From Pseudomonadota bacterium (GTDB lineage Bacteria > Pseudomonadota > Alphaproteobacteria > Rhodobacterales > Rhodobacteraceae), in contig JBCBET010000008.1 of assembly GCA_038528385.1 (NCBI GenBank), positions 68,855 to 132,854 on the forward strand: a DNA stretch of 64,000 nucleotides, in the 5' to 3' direction. The position numbers and the translations under genes were made by a program. The notes below the pieces were generated by a model. The model ran no database searches. It worked only from the letters and a program-made list of their open reading frames with translations, and was not told where the DNA came from. Positions 58,303 to 64,000 of the stretch are shown piece by piece. How positions within the stretch are numbered: the first letter of the stretch is position 1; each line of letters starts with the position of its first letter.

Positions 58303-59628
58303 ATGGATGTGGCCCACGCCCTGCGCCCCTGGCAGTTCACCGGGGGCGAGGCACCGGTGGTCATCGCGCGCGGCGCGGGCTGCCGCGTCTGGGATGTGAG
58401 CGGGGCGTCCTACCTCGACGCCGTGGGCGGGCTCTGGAACACGAATATCGGGCTCGGACGCCGCGAGATGGCCGAGGCCATCGCCGCCCAGGCCGAGCTT
58501 CTCGCGTTCTCCAGCACCTTCGGGGACATGTCGAATGCGCCCTCGGCGGCGCTCGCGGCCAAGCTTGCCCAGCTCGCGCCCACCGGCCTCGACCACGTGC
58601 ATTTCACCACCGGCGGCTCCACGGCCATCGACAGCGCCTATCGCCTCGCCTGTTTCGTCCAGGCCGCGCGGGGCTATGACGGCCGCCACCACGTCATCGC
58701 GCGCGAGCACGCCTATCACGGCTCCACCCATATCGCGATGTCCATAGGCAATCGCGACGGGGACCGCGCGCCGGAGTTCCGCTACGAGACCGGCACGATC
58801 CACCACATCTCCGCCCCCGACACGCTGCGCGGCCGCGCCACGGTGGAGGGCTGCGTGGCCGAGCTCGAGGCCAAGATCGCCAACATCGGAGCCGACCGCG
58901 TGGCCGCCTTCTTCGCCGAGCCCATCCAGGCCTCCGGCGGGGTGATCATGCCGCCCGAAGGCTACTTCCGCGCCATGGCGGAGACCTGCCAGCGGCACGG
59001 CATCCTCTTCGTGGCCGACGAGGTCGTCACCGGCTTCGGCCGCATCGGGCACATGTTCGCCAGCGAAGCGCGCTACGGCGCGCGACCCGATATCCTCTGC
59101 TGCGCCAAGGGGCTCTCCTCGGGTTACCAGCCCATCGGCGCCATGCTCTTCTCCGACGCCATCTGGGAGACGCTGGCCGCCGAGCCGCGCTGGTACACCT
59201 CCGGCTACACCTATTCGGGACACCCGGTGGCCTGCGCGGCGGCACTGAAAAACATCGAGATCATCGAGCGGGAGGAGCTCTGCGCCCGCGCGCTCCGCGT
59301 CGGCGCGGTCTTTCAGGAGGGGCTGCGCACGCTCCGCGACCTGCCGCTTGTCGGCGACGTGCGCGGCGAGGCGCTCATCGGCTGCGTGGAGGCCGTGGCC
59401 GACAAAGGGACGCTGGCGCTCCTGCCGGACGACATCGACGTGGGCCGCCGGATCTCCGAGGCCGCGCAGGCGCGGGGGCTTCTCGTCCGCCCGCTGGGGC
59501 ATCTCAACGTGATGTCGCCCGCGCTCACGATCTCGGAGGCGGAGGTGGCGTTTTGCATGGAGACGCTCGGTGCTGCGATCCGCGAGGTGGCCGACGGGCT
59601 CACGCTCGAGCACGTGAGGATCGGCTGA
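58303..59628 (+). CDS. Class-III (omega) aminotransferase
   Basis: GLWNTNIGLGRREM, FFAEPIQASGGVI, ADEVVTGFGRIG, CCAKGLSSGYQPIG (PLP Lys). Alternative GTG start at 58285. Confidence 0.88.
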   Translation: MDVAHALRPWQFTGGEAPVVIARGAGCRVWDVSGASYLDAVGGLWNTNIGLGRREMAEAIAAQAELLAFSSTFGDMSNAPSAALAAKLAQLAPTGLDHVHFTTGGSTAIDSAYRLACFVQAARGYDGRHHVIAREHAYHGSTHIAMSIGNRDGDRAPEFRYETGTIHHISAPDTLRGRATVEGCVAELEAKIANIGADRVAAFFAEPIQASGGVIMPPEGYFRAMAETCQRHGILFVADEVVTGFGRIGHMFASEARYGARPDILCCAKGLSSGYQPIGAMLFSDAIWETLAAEPRWYTSGYTYSGHPVACAAALKNIEIIEREELCARALRVGAVFQEGLRTLRDLPLVGDVRGEALIGCVEAVADKGTLALLPDDIDVGRRISEAAQARGLLVRPLGHLNVMSPALTISEAEVAFCMETLGAAIREVADGLTLEHVRIG

Positions 59629-59629
59629 C

Positions 59630-60604
59630 ATGGCATTGAAAGACAGCGAAAATGACGTCGACGGCGCGTTTGCGCGGGAGGCGCGGACCGGGCTTTCATA
59701 CGAGAATGCCTTCGGCGGCGCGCTCTCCTTCATGCGGCGGCGCTACACCAAGGACCTGACGGGCGTGGATCTCGCCGTCACGGGCGTGCCATTCGACCAG
59801 GCGGTGACGAACCGGCCCGGCACGCGCCTCGGGCCCCGCGCGATCCGTGAAGCCTCCACGCTGCAGCCATGCGATCCGCCTTATGGATGGGATATCAATC
59901 CCTTGGTGGACAATGTTCTCGTCGATTACGGCGACGTGGCCTTCGATTATGCGAAGGTCTCGGACTTCCCCGCCGCGCTCGAGACCCATATCTCGGGGAT
60001 CCTCGCGGCGGGCGCGGGCAGCCTCGCGCTCGGCGGGGATCACTTCATCACCTACCCGATCCTGAAGGCCTATGCGGAGCGCTTCGGCCCGATCTCGCTC
60101 CTGCAATTTGACGCCCATACCGACACCTGGGCCGACGACGACGAGAGCCGCATCGACCACGGCACGATGTTCTACAAGGCGGCAAAAGCCGGGATCATCG
60201 ACGTGGCGCATTCGGTGCAGGTGGGCATCCGCACATTGAACCCCGACACGCTCGGCGTGCCCATCATCGACGCGCCGGAGGTCCACGAGGATTGGCGCGC
60301 AGCGGTTGTGAAAATCAAGGGAATACTGCGGGATAGACCCACATACCTGACCTTCGACATCGACTGCCTCGACCCCGCCTTCGCGCCCGGGACCGGCACG
60401 CCTGTCGCGGGCGGCTTGAGCTCCGCCCAGGCGCTCGCCATGCTCCGCGCCCTCAAGGGCATCAACATGGTGGGCGGCGATGTGGTGGAGGTCTCGCCGC
60501 CCTATGACGCGGGAGATTGTACCGCCATCGCGGGCGCGCACATGGCCATGGAGCTTGCCTGCCTTTACTGCTGGAACCTCCGCCAGCGCCGATCCGGCCG
60601 CTGA
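59630..60604 (+). CDS. speB: Ureohydrolase, agmatinase-type
   Basis: Mn-site motifs GGDHFITYP, FDAHTDTW, FDIDCLDPAFAPGTGTP, DVVEVSPPYD. Confidence 0.8.
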   Translation: MALKDSENDVDGAFAREARTGLSYENAFGGALSFMRRRYTKDLTGVDLAVTGVPFDQAVTNRPGTRLGPRAIREASTLQPCDPPYGWDINPLVDNVLVDYGDVAFDYAKVSDFPAALETHISGILAAGAGSLALGGDHFITYPILKAYAERFGPISLLQFDAHTDTWADDDESRIDHGTMFYKAAKAGIIDVAHSVQVGIRTLNPDTLGVPIIDAPEVHEDWRAAVVKIKGILRDRPTYLTFDIDCLDPAFAPGTGTPVAGGLSSAQALAMLRALKGINMVGGDVVEVSPPYDAGDCTAIAGAHMAMELACLYCWNLRQRRSGR

Positions 60605-60664
60605 GGCGCGACGCCCCGCTTCATTTTTCCAAAAATACCTCACTCCAAAAGGCGCCACACGCCT

Positions 60665-61651
60665 ATGCCCATCCAGTCCTCGCCCAATCAGCCAATGCCC
60701 AGCCAACCAACCCCCAGCCAGCCCATCTCCGGCAACGACCTCGCCCGCTTTTCGGGCCCGCAGACCTTCATGCGCCTGCCTGCGCGGGAGACGGCGGAGG
60801 GGCTCGACGTGGCCGTCCTCGGCATCCCCATGGATATCGGCACCTCCTGGCGCTCGGGCACGCGCTTCGGGCCGAAGCAACTCCGCCAGGAAAGCGCGAT
60901 GATCCGGCCCTACAACATCCAGACCGGGGCCGCGCCCTTCGACGGGCTGGAGGTGGGGGATTTGGGCGATATCGCCATCAACACATTTTCGCTGAGCGAC
61001 ACGATCCGCATCATTACAGAGACCTACGACGCGATCCTCACGCGGGGCGTGATCCCCGTGGCTCTCGGCGGGGACCACACGCTCACGCTGCCGGTCCTGC
61101 GCGCCATCGCCCGGAAACACGGGCCCGTGGCGCTCGTCCACGTCGATGCCCATGCCGACGTCAACGACGAGATGTTCGGGGAGCGCGAGACCCACGGCAC
61201 CGTCTTCCGCCGCGCCTACGAGGAGGGGCTGATCGTGCCCGACAAGGTTTTCCAGATCGGATTACGCGGGACGGGCTACACGGCGGAGGACTTCACCGAG
61301 GCGCAGGGCTGGGGCTTCAACATGACGCTCGCGCCCGAGATCTGGGGCAGGAGCCTCGCGCCCCTGGCCGCTGAAATCGTGACGAAAATCGGCAATCGCC
61401 CCACCTATGTCAGCTACGATATCGACAGCCTCGATCCCGCCTTTGCCCCCGGCACGGGCACGCCGGAGATCGGCGGGCTCACGACCTGGCAGGCGATGGA
61501 GCTGATCCGTGGCCTGCACGGGCTCGACATCGTGGGATGCGACCTCGTGGAGGTGTCACCGCCCTACGATCCCTCGGGCACCACCGCGCTCGTGGGCGCG
61601 AACCTCGTCTTCGAGCTTCTCTCCGTGCTGCCGGGCGTGCCCTACCGGTAG
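60665..61651 (+). CDS. Ureohydrolase, guanidinobutyrase/guanidinopropionase-type
   Basis: GGDHTLTLP, VDAHADVND, YDIDSLDPAFAPGTGTPEIGGLT, DLVEVSPPYD. Carries an N-terminal Pro/Gln/Ser-rich 22-aa extension. Confidence 0.8.
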   Translation: MPIQSSPNQPMPSQPTPSQPISGNDLARFSGPQTFMRLPARETAEGLDVAVLGIPMDIGTSWRSGTRFGPKQLRQESAMIRPYNIQTGAAPFDGLEVGDLGDIAINTFSLSDTIRIITETYDAILTRGVIPVALGGDHTLTLPVLRAIARKHGPVALVHVDAHADVNDEMFGERETHGTVFRRAYEEGLIVPDKVFQIGLRGTGYTAEDFTEAQGWGFNMTLAPEIWGRSLAPLAAEIVTKIGNRPTYVSYDIDSLDPAFAPGTGTPEIGGLTTWQAMELIRGLHGLDIVGCDLVEVSPPYDPSGTTALVGANLVFELLSVLPGVPYR

Positions 61652-61687
61652 CCTTGCCGCCGGGCGCGCGCGACCCACACTCAGGTC

Positions 61688-62074
61688 ATGAAGACGACCC
61701 TCGTCATCCTTGTCCTCGTGGGGGCTGCCATGGCCTTTTTCCGACTGATGCCCGTCACGCCCGAGAGCGGCCCGGGCCGCCCCGAGATCCGCGATGTGGG
61801 CGACTACCCGTCCGAGGGCGGGCATTACGCCGTGCGCCCGGCGGATCTCATCGAATTTCCCGTCCTCCTCGACCGGATCGAGGGCACGCCGCGCACGCGC
61901 AAGCTGGAGGACGGCGTCTATCTCCACCATTCGCTGGTCTGGGGCTTTCCGGATGTCACCCATGTCTGGGAGGAGGCGGGCCATGTCCACATCGCGAGCC
62001 ACCTCGTCGTGGGGCGCGCCGATTTCGGCGCCAACCGGCGCCGCATCGAGGGGTGGCTCTCGGGGCTCCGCTGA
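61688..62074 (+). CDS. DUF1499 protein with N-terminal membrane anchor
   Basis: MKTTLVILVLVGAAMAFF. DUF1499-like SLVWGFPDVTHVW...GRADFGANRRRIEGWL. Confidence 0.7.
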   Translation: MKTTLVILVLVGAAMAFFRLMPVTPESGPGRPEIRDVGDYPSEGGHYAVRPADLIEFPVLLDRIEGTPRTRKLEDGVYLHHSLVWGFPDVTHVWEEAGHVHIASHLVVGRADFGANRRRIEGWLSGLR

Positions 62075-62079
62075 GCGTC

Positions 62080-62316
62080 TCAGGCGCCCAGGCAGCCTTC
62101 GTTCAGCTCGCGCCACATGGGGTTGTTCAGGCTCATCTGGCACTGCGCTGTGAAGGTGCGCCCGGAGATCGTGAAACAGGTGATGTCACCCATCTCGAAC
62201 CGTTCGCCGGAGGAGCCGCGGCACCAGCAATCGAGGGCGGGGTTCGTTTCCGCGGTCACCGATCCGGCCAGGAAGAAGAGGAAGAGGATGAGTCTACGCA
62301 TAGGAAAGCGTACCAT
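62080..62316 (-). CDS. Small secreted cysteine-rich protein (hypothetical)
   Basis: Signal peptide (MVRFP)MRRLILFLFFLAGSVTA. The ~57-aa mature part has 5 Cys (DCWC...ITC...AQC...EGC). Alternative start at 62301. Confidence 0.5.
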   Translation of the reverse strand: MVRFPMRRLILFLFFLAGSVTAETNPALDCWCRGSSGERFEMGDITCFTISGRTFTAQCQMSLNNPMWRELNEGCLGA

Positions 62317-62362
62317 GGACGCCCCCTTGACCAAAATGCCAGCGCGTCGCACCTAAGCCGCC

Positions 62363-63412
62363 ATGATCCCCCGCGAGACCCTCCAGCAGATCACCCAGCG
62401 CTTCGAGTTTCTCGAGGCCTCCATGGCCGCGGGCGAAGGCGATATCGCCAAGCTCGGCAAGGAATACGCCGATCTCCGCCCGGTGGTGGAGCAGGTGCGC
62501 GCCTACTGGCAGGTGGAAGAAGACATCGCCGAGGCCGAGGAGATGCTCGCCGACCCGGACATGAAGGCACTGGCGGAGGAGGAGCTTCCAACGCTCCGCG
62601 CGCGCCTGCCCGAGCTCGAGGGGGCGCTGCGCATCGCGCTATTGCCGAAGGACGCCGCCGATGCACGGCCCGCCATGATCGAGATCCGCCCCGGTACGGG
62701 CGGCGACGAGGCTTCGCTCTTCGCCGGCGATCTTCTGCGCATGTACCAGCGCTATGCCGAGGCGCAGGGCTGGCGCTTTGACATCGTCGAGGAGCAGGCA
62801 ACAGAGCTCGGCGGCATCAAGGAAGTGGTGGCCCATGTGCAGGGCGAGGGCGTCTTCGCGCGGCTGAAATACGAATCCGGCGTCCACCGCGTGCAGCGCG
62901 TGCCCACGACCGAGAGCGGCGGCCGCATCCACACCTCCGCGGCCACGGTGGCCGTGCTGCCGGAGGCCGAGGACGTGGACATCCACATCGACCCCCAGGA
63001 CATCCGCATCGACACCATGCGCGCGAGCGGCGCGGGCGGGCAGCACGTGAACACCACGGATTCGGCCGTGCGCATCACCCATATCCCGTCAGGCATCGTG
63101 GTGACCTCGTCCGAGAAGTCCCAGCACCGCAACCGCGAGATCGCCATGCAGGTCCTGAAGGCGCGGCTCTACGACGCCGAGCGCCAGCGCATCGACGGGG
63201 AGCGCTCGGCGGATCGCAAGAGCCAAGTTGGCTCGGGCGACCGGTCAGAGCGGATCCGGACCTACAACTTCCCCCAGGGCCGCATGACCGACCACCGGAT
63301 CAACCTGACGCTCTACAAGCTCGACCAGGTCATGGCGGGCGACCTCACGGAGATCGTGGACGCGCTCACCGCCGAGGCGCAGGCCGAGCTCCTCGCAGAG
63401 CAGGGGCTATGA
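62363..63412 (+). CDS. prfA: Peptide chain release factor 1
   Basis: PTT-type PxT tripeptide region ([16 protein letters not shown]) and GGQ motif ([19 protein letters not shown]). Confidence 0.95.
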   Translation: MIPRETLQQITQRFEFLEASMAAGEGDIAKLGKEYADLRPVVEQVRAYWQVEEDIAEAEEMLADPDMKALAEEELPTLRARLPELEGALRIALLPKDAADARPAMIEIRPGTGGDEASLFAGDLLRMYQRYAEAQGWRFDIVEEQATELGGIKEVVAHVQGEGVFARLKYESGVHRVQRVPTTESGGRIHTSAATVAVLPEAEDVDIHIDPQDIRIDTMRASGAGGQHVNTTDSAVRITHIPSGIVVTSSEKSQHRNREIAMQVLKARLYDAERQRIDGERSADRKSQVGSGDRSERIRTYNFPQGRMTDHRINLTLYKLDQVMAGDLTEIVDALTAEAQAELLAEQGL

Positions 63413-64000
63413 TCCCGCGCCCGCTCGTGGCGCGGCTCGAGGCGGCGGGCATCCCCGATGCAGCCGGCGATGTGCGGCGGCTTTTCGAGGAGGCCTATGC
63501 CGCGGGCAACGCCCCCGGCGCGCCCGCCCAGACGCGCGAGGCGCCGAACGAGGTGACGCTGGAGATGCTGTCGATCTTTCTCGAGCAACGCCTCGCGCGC
63601 ATGCCTGTGGCACAGATCATCGGGCGGCGCGCTTTCTGGCGCCACGAGTTCCGCGTGACACCCGACGTGCTCGACCCGCGCCCGGAGACGGAGACGCTTG
63701 TGGCCGCGGCGCTCGAGCGGCCCTTCACGCGGATCCTCGACCTGGGCACCGGATCGGGCTGCATCCTCCTGTCGCTTCTCGTCGACCGGCCCGCCTCCGA
63801 AGGGCTCGGCACCGATCTCAGCCCTGCCGCGCTCTCCGTGGCGGCGTGGAATGCGCGCGAGCTCGGCCTCGCGGGGCGCGCGCGCTTTGCAGAAGGTCCC
63901 TGGTTCGCGCCGGTGGAGGGCCGCTTCGACCTCATCGTCTCGAACCCGCCCTACATTCCCGCCGCCGATCTGGACGGCCTCGCCCCCGAAGTGCGCGATC
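63409..64000 (+). CDS. prmC: Release-factor glutamine methyltransferase (3' end lies outside the window)
   Basis: ATG overlaps the prfA stop (ATGA) and the frame is open to the window end. SAM motif [11 protein letters not shown] and catalytic SNPPYIP. It is not in the ORF track because no stop is reached. Confidence 0.88.
   Translation, partial: MIPRPLVARLEAAGIPDAAGDVRRLFEEAYAAGNAPGAPAQTREAPNEVTLEMLSIFLEQRLARMPVAQIIGRRAFWRHEFRVTPDVLDPRPETETLVAAALERPFTRILDLGTGSGCILLSLLVDRPASEGLGTDLSPAALSVAAWNARELGLAGRARFAEGPWFAPVEGRFDLIVSNPPYIPAADLDGLAPEVRD

Overview
High-GC (~67%) alphaproteobacterial, Rhodobacterales-like chromosomal segment. It is mostly core housekeeping genes: tig, rpsF-rpsR-rplI, fabD-fabG-acpP-fabF-mltG, cysE, the pdhA-pdhB-pdhC pyruvate dehydrogenase operon, ftsB, fba, pgk, tyrS, eno and prfA-prmC. 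The main accessory element is a complete 17-gene RcGTA-type gene transfer agent head-tail cluster (~11.99-26.05 kb, + strand) in the usual position just upstream of cysE. It has no integrase, repressor, replication or lysis genes. Its portal gene changes reading frame once in this sequence. The cluster is preceded by an AT-rich promoter-like patch followed by a strong intrinsic-terminator-like hairpin. Other points of interest:
- a stand-alone vanadium-haloperoxidase-type gene bracketed by terminators, next to an internally deleted aldo/keto reductase remnant
- a ~1 kb block of two multiply frameshifted genes (GNAT, DUF1697)
- a cysteine-less Fur-like regulator overlapping a NYN/OST-HTH gene
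- an M20 hydrolase / class-III transaminase / two-ureohydrolase array
- several dispersed or paired non-coding repeats and perfect palindromes in leaders (acpP, pdhA, cysE)

I saw no tRNA, rRNA, CRISPR array, transposase or integrase. Many long ORFs in the track are antisense, Arg/Gly/Pro-rich high-GC artefacts. All functional calls rest on recognisable motifs in the translated ORFs; no database search was run.
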